Source of the DNA: Octopus vulgaris | Taxonomy: Eukaryota | Length of the DNA: 64,000 nucleotides | NCBI GenBank assembly: GCA_951406725.2 | Contig: OX597820.1 | Coordinates: 60,946,001 to 61,010,000 of the forward strand | Reading direction: 5' to 3' | Shown here: piece after piece, positions 28,491-43,146 of the stretch | Position numbering within the stretch: position 1 is the stretch's first letter | Layout: each line of letters opens with the position of its first letter | The notes under the pieces: model-generated | Seen by the model: only the letters and a program-made list of their open reading frames with translations | What the model was told of the DNA's origin: nothing | Databases searched by the model: none | Program-made: the position numbers and the translations under genes

Positions 28491-28687
28491 ATATTTGCCT
28501 ACGTGGTCAACTTTTGACTATATTTGTGTATGATGGACTCTCTCCGTCGATCAAATGTCTGCAATGAACACTAGCTCAGTCTCCCGCCATCAAAAAGACG
28601 TTGCCTGAACAGGTGCCCTGTGTGCCACGAGTCAGGTGTCGAAAAAATAGCAGGGCAACGTGAGAAGTGTTTTTTGCTCAAGAGCAC

Positions 28688-28771
<84 letters not shown>

Positions 28772-29169
28772 CTCTATTGCTGTATAATAATGTAGAGGGT
28801 GCTTAGGTGTTTCTCTTTTGGATTTATGGTTTACTGGCGATATATATATATACCTATATATTTATATACACATATATATTAAAATAGTGTTCTTTTAAGC
28901 ACAAAAGAAAACTACCCTTTAACAGGTAATATTTACATGCTAGAAATAGCAGCTAACACAGCCTAAAACCACGATTTAACAGCAATTTTCGAAGTAAATG
29001 AAAAATAAAAACTTTTACCTTGTTCTTTTTATTAGCGGTTATGAAAATAACAAGGTAAAAGTTTACATTTGTGTTTAAATGTACACTATTTTAAAATTTG
29101 TTGTCTATTGACTATTTATTCATGCTGGGCCACTGGTGGTGATATTTATAACGAATATTCTCTACCCTA

Positions 29170-29216
<47 letters not shown>

Positions 29217-29319
29217 ATGTATATATATATATATAAGGATGATATCGATGTTTAAATATCGATATTATCCAGTGGCCAGCATGGGAATAAATACCATACA
29301 AAGGTAATAATTTTTATAC

Positions 29320-29465
29320 AACTATAAATAAGGGTATCTGAGGGACATCACCATGCCGAAATAGCAATCAAATCCCTGACTCCAAAAACCACCTTAAATG
29401 CTTTGGAGTCAGGAATTTGACTGCTATTTCGGCATGGTGGTGTCTCTCGGACACCCTTATTTATA

Positions 29466-29468
<3 letters not shown>
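29320..29468. repeat. Imperfect inverted repeat (~67-bp arms)
   Basis: AACTATAAATAAGGGT...GACTCCAAA pairs with TTTGGAGTC...ACCCTTATTTATAGTT. Confidence 0.8.
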
Positions 29469-29505
<37 letters not shown>

Positions 29506-29519
29506 CTTTCTTTTATAGG

Positions 29520-29700
29520 CACATGCCTGAAATTTGTGGAAAGGGGATAGTCGATTGCACCGATCCCAGTACTCGACTGGTTCTTAATTTGTCGACGAAG
29601 GATGAAAGATAAAATATCCTCGCCGGATTTTGAACTCAGAACGTAGCGACAGGCGAAATACCGCTAAGGATTTCGTCCAGCGTGCTCGAGATTCTGGCAT
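29520..29700 (-). mobile_element. SINE family B
   Basis: TTTGAACTCAGAACGTA...GAAATACCGCTAAG...CAGCGTGCT, similar to 53430-53630. Confidence 0.7.
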
Positions 29701-30130
29701 ACGTACATCTATACACATGTATCTATCTCTGTACAAACATGTATAAAGACCTACATAAACTCGAACATATATACAAACACATATGTATATAGGTAACATA
29801 TGAATGCATAGGAAGATATATTGCAATAAATTTTAAAACTCAACAAACGTATATATCCATGTATAAATACATTTATATAACGCACACACACAGACACACG
29901 CTCACACATACATATAAATATGTATATGTAAATGTGTATATTATATATATATTTATATATATATATTCGTATTCTTTTACTTTTGTTATTAAATATATAC
30001 ATATATATATAAATATATATATATAAATAATGCACATATGTGTATGTAAGTATGCATATACGTATATATATATGTGTGTGCGTGTGCTTAGATATACATG
30101 CATATATATACATATATACACATATATATA

Positions 30131-30229
<99 letters not shown>

Positions 30230-31018
30230 GCTTAATTTCGATCCTCCACTCAGCATACCTTTCTCTCTATATCTGTCTGTATTTCACTATCACTATCTTT
30301 CTCAGTTTTTTAGACATACATGCATATAAATATATGTATATACGTATATATATATATATCAACAATTGAGGGTAAAATTAATTAATCAATTTCACCAAGT
30401 GTTCAGTATGTAAAAGGACCATTTAAGGCGAATTCAAAATTATATAATGTAATATATATATATATATATACATAAACATGCATATATTATACTGTATATA
30501 TATTACATTATATGTATGTGTTTTCTTTATATAAAGTTTTACACGCACACACATATACACAGACGCATACATACACATATATATATATATATATTTATAC
30601 ACATATATACAAAAATTAATATTAAACTGGAAGATACTCAATAACTTTAACCTTTTAATTTAGCAAAGCGACTAATTTGTAACAAAATTATATAGTCACT
30701 ATAAACCTTTCTTGTAAAAAGTTTCATTTATACTTACATATATACATACATACATACATACATACCCAATTATATAAGTTGTTATTATTTTTTTGCAATT
30801 TACTTAATCATTGACATTTTATTGTTATTTTAATTTTAATATTTCTATTATATGTAATTTTCTAGATGGTGTAATTTAATTGTTCCTTTTGAATTGATAA
30901 AATGTGTTTTTTTTCTAATTCTTTATATATATACATATATATATATCTATACACGTGTGTGGTTGTATATGGATATGCATGTATATAATTGTGTTTATAT
31001 GCATATGCATATATGTTA

Positions 31019-31053
<35 letters not shown>

Positions 31054-31504
31054 ATTTATATATATAAATTTGTGAGAGTGTGTATGTGTGTGTCCGTGTG
31101 TGTGTGTGTATGTGTGTCTGTCTGTCTGTCTGTGTTTCCACGTTAAGTTATAATAAACTGTAAATATTACTTTACACTGAATAATTTCTTGTTAGATTTT
31201 GTTAAGCATGTTTTACTTTTCAACGTGTCTATTATTGTTAGTGACTTCGAACTTTCGATGTATGTATATGTTTAAGCATGTATGTGACAATGTATGTAGT
31301 TATATATATATATATATATGCATGTTAATGTTAAGTATCTTTGTGCTTATGTCGCTGATGATTTCACATGAGTGTATGCTTCTAGGGAAGAAATGTGTTT
31401 ATGAAACTGAAGTTACATACACAAATATTCTTGTAGCCTTTTGCATGTGTATACTTATATGCACACATATGATTTTATATGTATGTGTGTTTTAGTGTGT
31501 GAAC

Positions 31505-31536
<32 letters not shown>

Positions 31537-31605
31537 ATTGATGGACATATATCCACATATATACACATATATGTATACTTGCACAGACACACACACATGT
31601 ATATA

Positions 31606-31664
<59 letters not shown>

Positions 31665-31785
31665 ATATATATATAAATTCATATATATGTGTGTGTGTGT
31701 GCAAGTATACATATATGTGTATATATGTATATATATATATATATATATATTGATGAATAGACAGATAGCTAGATAGGTGTACATG

Positions 31786-31824
<39 letters not shown>

Positions 31825-32094
31825 TTTACAATTGTTACAATTGCTACTCGATCGCTCCACCAAATACCAGACAAAGTAGTAAAGGATTCATTCACATTCT
31901 TACTGAGAATAACCAGGCTTTGAGTTCTGGAAGAAAACAATTTATTAACTATTTGAACTACTTAAAAATATGTATCTGTCTCCGTGCAGCGTGCAACAGA
32001 AGCTCTCCCAAAGCCTGGATTAACGAATGGAAAGAATAAATGTGCAGTGGATTAACAAAAAGTAGGGCCTTTTAAAGACCTGCATAACTGCCAC

Positions 32095-32382
32095 ATAGTT
32101 CCGGGTTCAGTCCCACTGCGTGTCACATTGGGTAGGAGTCTTCTACTATAGCCTCAGGCCGACCAAAGCCTTGTGAGTGGATTTGGTATGTTTGTGTCTG
32201 TGTTTGTCCCCCGAATTTGCGTTTACGTCCCCATAACTTAGCGGTTCGGCAAGAGAGACCGATAAAATAAGTACTAGGCTTACAAAGAATTAGTCCTGGG
32301 GTCGATTTGCTCCACTAATGGCGGTGCTCCAGCATGGCCGCAGTCAAATTACTGATACAAATAAAAGAATAAAAGAATAAAA
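32095..32382 (+). mobile_element. SINE family A (internally deleted)
   Basis: CCGGGTTCAGTCCCACTGCG head region and GGCGGTGCTCCAGCATGGCCGCAGTC...AAAAGAATAAAAGAAT tail. Confidence 0.8.
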
Positions 32383-32606
32383 GTCTCCCGAATAAGGCCA
32401 TCATTTTCTTGCAATAATTAACAAAGGTTTAAAAAAAATAATTTGATGATGCCTTTGACCAAATTGCGGATTATCAACAACTTTTTGCTAATGGAAACCT
32501 TTTGATTGCCAATGGAAACTTTTGGGTGGTGTGTGCGTCACATGGACAGAATATATGATATTCCATATCTCTCTACAGATAAAAGCATAATATTCCATAT
32601 ATTTGT

Positions 32607-32750
<144 letters not shown>

Positions 32751-33016
32751 ACAGACAGACAGACAGTTAGATAGATGCGTATATAATATAGAATGGCAGG
32801 GCCTGTTGTCGTAACGGTTTAAGAGTTAGAGATGGGTGACAGCATGCATGTTCGCCAAAACGAGTAGTGTTTGGTGTTGCATGTCTGTGTGCGTAACAGC
32901 ACCAGCTTGGTAAGAACTGGTTAAATATTTTCGGTCCTTAAAGGAAACGTTACTCAAGAGATACAGTTTCAGTTGTTATATATGTGGGGTCGCCAGGAAA
33001 GTCATCAGTTATTGCG

Positions 33017-35334
33017 TAGGTTCATTAAAAAATCAAAAAGTATTTCCAGAAGACATTAGTTCTTCGGGAAGTTCCAAATTTGGCCATCGTGACAAAGACA
33101 CCTTGATCATGTTAGTCTTATTGATAGGCTATTCGTAAAGTTTTATTTGTGGCAATTAACAATGTAAATTAATTAACTGGACTTTCTACTCTAAGATGTC
33201 TAATATCCAGAGGGCAAATGGTCAGTATTACGTATTTTAATTAGAGGATTTAATTTCATTAACACTTTTAAAGTATTTTTTTTTTAATGAAAGCCTGGGA
33301 TGAAAGAGTGATAGAGGTGATTCAAGATGTAGCGTGCTGTACTAAATATGCATTTACAGACTGATTTCAACTTCTTCATGGTCCAACTCCACGATTCATT
33401 CTAAGCAGGAGCAGATTTAGTACAATATATACCAGCAGTACAACAGAATCGAATTAAGTAACTTTATGTATATCTGATTTCTTACAGAAAAGTACATTGT
33501 TAATTACATAGGATTCACCATTTATTACGATAAAAAAATCGAATTTTCTTTGGCGAACGTCTCAAAACGATCTGTTGTATTCAGTGAAATACAAACAAAC
33601 TTAAAGTATATACGTAAACAAGCCTTTTTAATCTGAGAACTGATATTTATTATATTTGTAACACACTGGAACAGGTACACCACCTAGGACTATTGCATGT
33701 TACGTTACATAAATATGAAGCAATTCCTTAGAGTAATCTTTCATTAACATTTTGAAAACTACATGGTTTAGAATATCAGAAACAAACCGATCCTCGATGG
33801 TTCTTTTATGGTTTAGTCAAGATGGGAACAGCAAGAGTGACCTTTTATAGTGACTCTGGGATGAGTGGGGGAAAATACAGAAGAAACTACAACTCATGGG
33901 GACCTGGATCAAATGTTTCCAAAATAGTAGACTCTCTTAAAGACACCGTTAATTTAATGACGTGAAACCTAATAACTTCTTACCATTATATATTCTTATA
34001 TATAATGGTAAGAAGTTTAATCCTTATAAATATTTGTTTTTATAGAACCCGATACTTCGAAGTATTACCATGAGAATTATTTAGGTACATGTATAATAAT
34101 GTAGTTAATTCAATTCATTAAGTAATAGCAAATTTTGTAGGTGAGAGGAGATTATAACCCTCTCTACAAAACTTGGTTTTTTTCCAACGAAATTTCCGTT
34201 TAAAATTGAGGGATCGGCTGTTATTTTCTACACGAATCAAGCTTTATGAATTTTGCAATATTTCATATAATCCTGCGGTATCTCCTACAAAAACTTGTGA
34301 TTAAAATTGATAAATGGAAAATGTTGGAGACTATCAGATGGATTGTATCTGTTCTTGGAAGGTAGATTTATTCCGTTATTAGGTTTCACGTCATTAAATT
34401 AACGGTGTCTTTAAGAGAGTCTGCTATTTTGGAAACATTTGATCCAGGTCCCCATGAGTTGTAGTTTCTTTTGTATTTTCCCCCACTCATCCCAGAGTCA
34501 CTATAAAAGGTCACTCTTGCTGTTCCCATCTTGACTAAACCATAAAAGAACCGTCGAAGATCGGTTTGTTTCTGATATTCTAAACCATGTAGTTTTCAAA
34601 ATGTTAATGAAAGATTACTCTAAGGAATTGCTTCATATTTATGTAACGTAACATGCAATAGTCCTAGGTGGTGTACCTGTTCCAGTGTGTTACAAATATA
34701 ATAAATATCAGTTCTCAGATTAAAAAGGCTTGTTTACGTATATACTTTAAGTTTGTTTGTATTTCACTGAATACAACAGATTGTTTTGAGACGTTCGCCA
34801 AAGAAAATTCGATTTTTTTTATCGTAATAAATGGTGAATCCTATGTAATTAACAATGTACTTTTCTGTAAGAAATCAGATATACATAAAGTTACTTAATT
34901 CGATTCTGTTGTACTGCTGGTATATATTGTACTAAATCTGCTCCTGCTTAGAATGAATCGTGGAGTTGGACCATGAAGAAGTTGAAATCAGTCTGTAAAT
35001 GCATATTTAGTACAGCACGCTACATCTTGAATCACTTCTATCACTCTTTCATCCCAGGCTTTCATTAAAAAAAAAAAACTTTAAAGTGTTAATGAAATTA
35101 AATCCTCTAATTAAAATACGTAATACTGACCATTTGCCCTCTGGATATTAGACATCTTAGAGTAGAAAGTCCAGTTAATTAATTTACATTGTTAATTGCC
35201 ACAAATAAAACTTTACGAATAGCCTATCAATAAGACTAACATGATCAAGGTGTCTTTGTCACGATGGCCAAATTTGGAACTTCCCGAAGAACTAATGTCT
35301 TCTGGAAATACTTTTTGATTTTTTAATGAACCTA
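33017..35334. repeat. Large inverted repeat: 960-bp arms (33017-33976, 34375-35334) with 398-bp spacer
   Basis: The arms are reverse complements from TAGGTTCATTAAAAAATC to GTGAAACCTAATAAC; about 7 differences were counted by eye. Confidence 0.95.
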
Positions 35335-35818
35335 AGTTTCAATCGTTGAAAGTCAAATGGTATCAAAATGTCCGTTGGAATACAAGTAAAAAAAATAATA
35401 ATAATGCGCCTTTGTGTGATCCCAAAGCAATTTATCAAAGAATACACACTTGTTGATGAGACTCCTAATATTTGTCTTCATTAAGTGTTGATTAAAAGCC
35501 TATTAAAGGTGTATTCTTTTCTCTTTACATTAATAACAATTTTATGGGATCGAATAACCCTGAATCGTCGATTGAATCCTCATTTAAATTCATATAATTA
35601 AAGATTCAAATAATTAACTTAAAAGATAATATATAGCATTTCATAAACACACACTCACGTGGAGGGAAAGATATATTATATACGCACACATATATGTGTA
35701 TGTATGCTGCGTGTGTGTGTATGTGTGAGCGCGCCTTAAACTATTAAGTTTTTGAACTTTAAAAGAACTCACCTGAATGAAAGTGAAAATGAATAAAGAA
35801 TTTTCCCCCACACTTGTA

Positions 35819-36510
35819 TACCGTAAATCCTCGAGTATAATCCGTATTTTTCCCCAAAATTTAAAGGCCAAAATCCCTAGTGCGTACTATATACGAAGTT
35901 AAAAATGAAAAATATTTTCTAAGCAATGTCCGAGTCTCTATTTGCTGTCAGACAATGTTTATTCAGACGCATGTCGTGATGTCGGGCGCGAAAGTGCCTT
36001 AAGCTAAGCCTGAAAACAATGAAGTCATAAAAGAATCATCCATAACTTGCAGTAAGCAACATTTATTAAAATAAAAGTATTCAGAACACAGAATAACATG
36101 TAACAAAAACAATTTACAAACATATTTACATTCCCATATAATAGTTAAGAACATCACCATTATTGCATTACGCATGCGCGGAAGTGTTTGTTCGACTAGG
36201 TGCTACTGGCTTAATTACGCACGAATTGCGCTTAATAGTTTAGCTGTTTGTATTGGCAGTTTGCATCATTACCGTAGCAAATAATAGATACTTAATTAAA
36301 TATCAGGATTAAATATTTGAACTACTGTGGGTCTTTACTAGGGTTTATTTATAAGCGTGACTTAATCCTGTACATTATTCTCCAATAAAGCATTTTATGC
36401 ATTAGATGCCCATGAAATGCCTCGTAGATCTTATTCAGCTATGTTTAAACTTGAAGTTATATCATATGCTGAAGAGCATGGTAATAGGGCCGCTGAAAGA
36501 AAATTTGAAA
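35819..36510 (+). mobile_element. pogo-type DNA transposon 5' part with Brinker-type DNA-binding N-terminus, truncated
   Basis: Terminus TACCGTAAATCCTCGAGTATAA. ATG 36417 gives MPRRSYSAMFKLEVISYAEEHGNRAAERKFE (BrkDBD-like, as in pogo/POGK transposases), interrupted at ~36510. Confidence 0.75.
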
Positions 36511-36533
36511 AGCTAGGTCCGACATTTCCCCAA

Positions 36534-36579
36534 GACACCTGATGAAGGCTGAAGGGTATATCAGCCGAAACGCTGTGTT
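36534..36579 (+). ncRNA. Hammerhead-like motif, cleavage triplet degenerate
   Basis: GACAC-CTGATGA-A-GGCTGA-AGGGTATA-TCAGCC-GAAA-CG-CT-GTGTT, followed by an AATGTAAATAATGTAAATAA tail. Confidence 0.5.
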
Positions 36580-37658
36580 AACAACAAACAAGGTCAAGTC
36601 AAATATTCGTCAAATGTAAATAATGTAAATAAGGATTATTTAGGATTATTATTGTCAGAATAAGAGAAACGAATCCCACGCTCCTTTTCGGTGAGGTCGA
36701 TGTAATGGGTGTTCAGTTTCAATTCCAAAAGGTAAAACCAGTAAGGGAAATCTAAATAAATGTAGTTCTTGAAAAGAATTCAACAAGTGTTTAAATTGAG
36801 GGTTGAAGAATTAAACACAGTAGAAATAATGGGGGGAATGAGAAGCGAGTGAGTATATCGGAGTAGGCTTTGTGAATTGCTTTCTTGTGGCTTCATATAT
36901 GCCCAAGCAAATTGGTAACAATTTTTTTATTTATACAGATCACTGTATATCGCTTCCGCTCCGTATTTTATTTACAGCGAGCCATCGATTAGCGCAACCA
37001 GTCACACTACGATGACGGGAATATTGTAAGAGATATCAATCCTTACTTGCCGGTTCGTAGCATTAGTGGAGACATACCGAAAAACATGCATTCATTTGTC
37101 TCGTTAGAGAGCACTTCGAACTGATCGGTGTCTTTACACATATTTGTCTACAGCAGGAATTTTTCTCTACGTCAACGTACCATGAATGGCTTTCTTACGC
37201 GTCTCCAAGCATATTGGTTTGTATTTATACGCATCACTGCATAGCGCTTCTATTCCACTTTATGTATATACATCATCCGTGTAGCATCTCTTATATTCCT
37301 TCCTATAACTTTCATCTTCTATGTTCCTGCCGTAAGGCTTCTCTTGCACACACGCCAGCTTAATTCAATTCGTCCTTAGTTGAAACACACCTGTTGTTTA
37401 TATTTGTAAATCTATACCATTTCTCTGGGGGGTTTTTTCGTCCTTGTTTTCGTATACATTCGCTTGCTTTCTTCCAAAGATTCTAGTGCTCATAGTTTAG
37501 ATTTTCTTGGGGCCGGCCAGCAGTCTCAGGAGTAACTGGCCGAAACTGCAAAGACAATCTGAATGACCCGTTCTTGTTTTTTCCTGTCCGTTTTTGTATC
37601 GCCTAAGTGCCCAAATGTTTTGTTGTTGCCTGTTACGTTCTTGTTCAATTTTTTGTTA

Positions 37659-37708
<50 letters not shown>

Positions 37709-37855
37709 TATTTGTTTTGCAAGATTCCTGATGTGAAATCGTATGTTGAAGCAGATATTGTTATATTTGGGGATGGTTTTTTTTCCAAGTAAATACATGC
37801 ACAAATTATTCGTTTTTCCCTTGTATATTATTGTTCTTATTTTATATCCATTGTG

Positions 37856-37894
37856 CGGAAATCTTTCGTCATACATCCTGTCACCTCTTCAGCG
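37856..37894 (-). ncRNA. Degenerate hammerhead motif
   Basis: Minus strand reads CG-CTGAAGA-GGTGACAGGATGTATGAC-GAAA-GATT-TC-CG. The core is intact but the stems are weak. Confidence 0.4.
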
Positions 37895-37985
37895 ATTCTC
37901 CTTCCCACGTGCCTCCTCCTCTTCTGTTTAGTCTCTTTCTATGGTATGTATTCTCATCTGCACATGCACTTGCGTCTGTATCTGC

Positions 37986-38019
<34 letters not shown>

Positions 38020-38288
38020 TAGAGAAAGAGAGAGAGAGAGAGAGAGTGTGTGTGTGTGTGTGTATCTGTGTGTGTGTGTATTTGTGTGTGCACTCGCGTA
38101 TGTGTGTGAACCTTTAATATTTGACCCTGCAGAACTTCCAGAATATGACAGTGCGGGGTTGACTGGTCTTCACCACCACTGGGCTGATAGCTTTTCATCA
38201 ACCTCGAAAGGATGAAAGGCAAAATGAATCCGAGAAGAATTATAATTCAGATCATAGAGAACTCTAACTACTCTGCCAGTTGATTAGC

Positions 38289-38404
<116 letters not shown>

Positions 38405-38699
38405 ATAAGAGAAAGAGTGTGTGTACGAAAAAAAGGAAACAACACATTAGAGAATATTGTCCTGGATACTCCTAAAAGACGGGTGGGTCAAGGTTTGAAT
38501 GCTTTTGAATATAGGTTTACTTGATCAGGAAGGACTTGGTGTTTAACATCAACTACTATTTACTTACAATTTTTCAGTATGAGTATTTTAATAAAGTCTC
38601 TAATACCTCTACACCTGCCAGTTACACACATATATATTCCCCGTCTTTGCTCAAACGTACGTACACAAATATTACACTATCGTATTATCGTCATCATAT

Positions 38700-39480
38700 A
38701 TCGTACGCCTGCAGAGCATTGATGACTACAACGAAAGTATTTCCGATTAAGCCCGGGTTCTCCAGCATCCTTGCCACTCTTATCCAACCCACTTGTGATA
38801 GTGTCCATCCATTGCATTCTTTGCATGCCTCTTGCATAAGATCTGGTCATCAAATCTAAGTAGAGACTTCAAACTTGAAATATTCAAAGCCACAGTCGAA
38901 CCAATCCTACTATATGGCTCAGAAACCTGGACGTTATCAAAGAAGCTTGAGAGGCGGTTGGATGGAACCTACACTCGCCTCCTTATGAGAGCTCAAAATC
39001 TCTCGTGGAGGCGCCATCCAACTAAAATGCAAATATATGGGAAATTACCACCTGTGTCATCTCTTGTGAAAGGTAGGAGAGTCCAGTTTGCTGGACATTG
39101 TTGTAGAGCTGAAAAAGAAGTAATTTCTACTCTTCTCCTCTGGAAGCCATCTACTCGCAACACCAGAGGGCGCACACTCTCCTACCCTGATGTAATCTCC
39201 GGGGATACAGGCATCCAGCAACAGGACCTCCGTAATGCTATGATGGACCGTGAAGTCTGGCGCAACATGGTAAATTCCATTGTCTCGACCGCGGTCGAAC
39301 AATGATGATGATGATGATGCCTCTTGATCTACTATCCTCAACTTTTCCTTCCGTGACAATGCTTTCCAAAACTCTGCTTCTTCGAATAAAGCCATCATAG
39401 ATAAGCTTTTGATTTTTCACAATGTTCAGGAGTTGTCATCTTTCACCGATTTGTTGTAACACCCATTCAATTGTCCTATG
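38700..39480 (-). mobile_element. Old RTE-type LINE 3' relic, split by a younger RTE insertion
   Basis: Minus-strand peptide KLIYDGFIRRSRVLESIVTEGKVEDSRSRG resumes across the insertion as MQRMQWMDTI (the GRGR...RW.D.I motif). Confidence 0.6.
38835..39316 (+). mobile_element. RTE-clade LINE 3' fragment with (GAT)n tail and 10-bp TSD
   Basis: ORF 38832-39305 contains LLYGSETWTL, FAGHCCR and MMDREVWR. TSD ATGCCTCTTG at 38825-38834 and 39317-39326. Confidence 0.88.
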
Positions 39481-39562
39481 GTCTATTCTTTTAATACATA
39501 CATTCATAATATGTACAAATCGTGTTTATTTATTTGTATATATATATATATATATATTATAT

Positions 39563-39626
<64 letters not shown>

Positions 39627-39933
39627 GCACATATCTCCTCGATTTACGATCGAGTTCCGTTCCGACAGATAGGTCGTAAGTCGATCTGGTCGTATGCCGG
39701 ATTTATATTTTTCAACACTATTTTCATTCAAATGCAACTGATGCTTGACAGCGACTGAGTGAGAGTGGCAGGCAGTGGATGACTGGGTCTGAGAGAGGCC
39801 TTCGCTGCCAGATGTTGCCATAGTTATCATCGACTTTTTTATTATTATTTATTTATTTTCTTATTTCCTTATTTTTGTGATCGTAAGTTCGGATGGTCGT
39901 AAGCCGAGGAGAAGGTGTGTATGTGTATATCTA

Positions 39934-39999
<66 letters not shown>

Positions 40000-40466
40000 A
40001 TAGTCAACTGTAAGCTTAAACTAAGATTTACATTAAAGTCAAGAACTTTATTTTTAAAAATTGGTAAAGTTAACGGACTTATTTACTTATATACTACATT
40101 TTTTGTCTTCGTTTTCTTCATTTTATCTTATACAAGTTCATATTATTTTATTTATTAACTTCATTTTATGTTATCATATGCACTAAACTTCTATTGTAGC
40201 TCTATCATATTCTGACGTCACTCTCCGGTTTCATTTTATATGTATATATATATGTATATATATATATATATATTATATATATATATATATATATATTTGA
40301 TAATAAAACGTATGGTATGTACCTGGTAGCTAGACGAGTCGAAACAACAGTAGTGATTAATAAATATTCTCGTATCTTCCATCTTCCGACTCTCTATTAG
40401 TATAAGCAAATGTGTGTGTGTAAATATATGTACTTATATATGTATACATATATATGTATGTATGCA

Positions 40467-40616
<150 letters not shown>

Positions 40617-41099
40617 GGGGATGCCTTTGTGTGTGTTTGCATTCAAGGTTTTTGTATATAAAGTGGCTCATTTGAAACGATTTCAACTGAGAATCGAAAA
40701 CTGTCTTTGTTCATCCAAAATATATCACTATTTAATGGTTTCGTCCATCACAAATATATCACTATTTAATGGGGTCTGACACGTCCTCATTCTTGTTCTG
40801 GTTCTTGTTGATTATGGTATTGTTGTTGTTGTTTTGCTCTGAGGTCATTCTTATTGAGCAGAACTCTAATCAAAGATGTTCCACTCGTGACAAAGTCGTC
40901 TTTTTTTAATTGGACATGCATTGTCCAAATGAACTGAGTTTTTATTTATTAAGATTGAAGACCGTAGAGTATAATTTGGAGGATATGTTGTTATTATTTC
41001 TATTAGGCCAAGTGACTGCATGGAGGCTTCTCTTTTGGTAATTGTACTCTATGCTGATGGAATCAAAATCGTATTATTTCACTCCGACCGTATGTAGCT

Positions 41100-41890
41100 G
41101 CTCATTAATTTGACATTAACAATTTATGACACTGAATACTCTAGAACAGACAAAATATATCAAAGTGATTCTTACACCTTGGGCAGCACCTTGATGAGAT
41201 ATTTAAACAGCTGTTGATCACATGCGTGATGTCTCCTGCAGAAATGTAACATAATCAACAATTTGGGTTGCATCTTGGGAATTCAAGGGCTTGAACGTCT
41301 CTTTATGAACTATTCTGAAGCAATCTTTTGCTTTTCTATCGCAAAGACATAGCCTTTGAAGTTTGATGTGATGTAGCGGTCGCAAATCCAAGAACGGTTG
41401 TGATTCGTGCCGATTTAAGTATCATCTTCAAATCTTCCAGGGACATGCCCATGAAGAGACATCTTTTTTATATTTTTGATACGCTGAGTATTTCACAACC
41501 AGGTTTTCTTTGAGGTATGTTATTCTACCTGTTTGGGAGTTGTATCGTCAGGTGGAGACTATTTTTGAGGAGCTCACTGCCGACACATAGGATGTTGTCT
41601 TCGCTCTTCAAATCTAGGATTATATATATTTAATCTTGGTCTGTCTGAGAGATACAATACGATATTTGAAGGTTGTCTGCACTGACCTCAAACCTCTACC
41701 ACCTTCACCTCTTCTTAGGTAGAACCTGTTAATATCAGTAATTCTGTGGAAGTTTCCATTTGATAACAGGATCTTGTAGATTTTAATGTTAGTGGAATGG
41801 ATTTCCTTCACAGCCCGGACAAACATCCCAAATTTAGGAATCAGCATTAGCACTGCAAATGTATTGGGGTATATAGTCTCGTAAGAAAAG
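41100..41890 (-). mobile_element. Decayed R4/Dong-like non-LTR retrotransposon fragment
   Basis: Peptide [24 protein letters not shown] resembles the H...D..RLYL.R..GGRGL motif of RLE-type LINEs. Confidence 0.55.
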
Positions 41891-41920
41891 AATGTTTGTG
41901 TGTGTATATGTATATATGTA

Positions 41921-41976
<56 letters not shown>

Positions 41977-42000
41977 TACATATACATACATATATATATT

Positions 42001-42031
<31 letters not shown>

Positions 42032-42045
42032 GTATGTATATATAT

Positions 42046-42109
<64 letters not shown>

Positions 42110-42112
<3 letters not shown>

Positions 42113-42347
42113 ACTTATAAACAAGGGCAAAAGAAAAAGTATTTCTATGCCAGTATGCTAATAACAGACTTTAAGTCGTCAATTTCCACATATTATTATA
42201 CACTCACTATAAATATACGACGTATATTTATAGTGAGTGTATATTTATAGTGAGTATATAATGATATGTGGAAATTGATGACTGAAAGTCTGTTATCAGC
42301 ATATTGGCGTAGAAATAATTTTTCGTTTGCCCTTGTTTATAAGTTGT
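42110..42347. repeat. Imperfect palindrome (~110-bp arms) of a repeat terminus
   Basis: ACAACTTATAAACAAGGGCAAA... pairs with ...TTTGCCCTTGTTTATAAGTTGT around the centre TATACGACGTATA. The right arm continues into a repeat also seen at ~14585-14700 and ~16320-16400. Confidence 0.85.
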
Positions 42348-42515
42348 TTATGATTTTAACCTTTAAAGGTATTTTAATATGCTGCTACTTTTTCATGAAT
42401 TTTTTTTTCTGAAAAAAAATTTATCCTATATTAGGATATCCTATAATAGTATATATATATATATATACACACACACACAAAAACATATATGTATATATAT
42501 ATACAAATACATAGA

Positions 42516-42563
<48 letters not shown>

Positions 42564-42967
42564 GTCCATACAGATACACACGTATACACACTAGTACACG
42601 AAACGCACATCACTCCACAAAATGTACGCACAAGGTTATTAATACACGTACACACACAGATCCATATAATTTTAAGCTCGTCCGCACATATATACTCACG
42701 CACTTGCCCCATTCCCACATACACACTTATACACACTATCCTCACATACATACACGCGCTTGCGTACCTTCGTTCGACCAGGTGACCATTATTATCTCCC
42801 TTCCGGTCATTTCATCATATTGAACCGTTACTTCCGACAAATTTTTTTCCGTTCTCTCTCCGTTTTCTTTTCCTCTCAATCCTTTCTGTCGAAGAGCGTA
42901 AGCTCCATTACACCTGCTTGTTGTTCCTTCACCTGTCTTCATCTTTTGTTTTCTATGAACTTGAACG

Positions 42968-43030
<63 letters not shown>

Positions 43031-43061
43031 TATGTGTGTATGTACGTATGTATGTGTATAT

Positions 43062-43146
<85 letters not shown>

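Noticed and set aside
37510-37556. GGCCAG...CTGGCC-GAAA-CTGCAA; similar partial motifs at ~29370 and ~40335
   Set aside because: The CTGANGA core or cleavage triplet is missing, so they are too degenerate to call.
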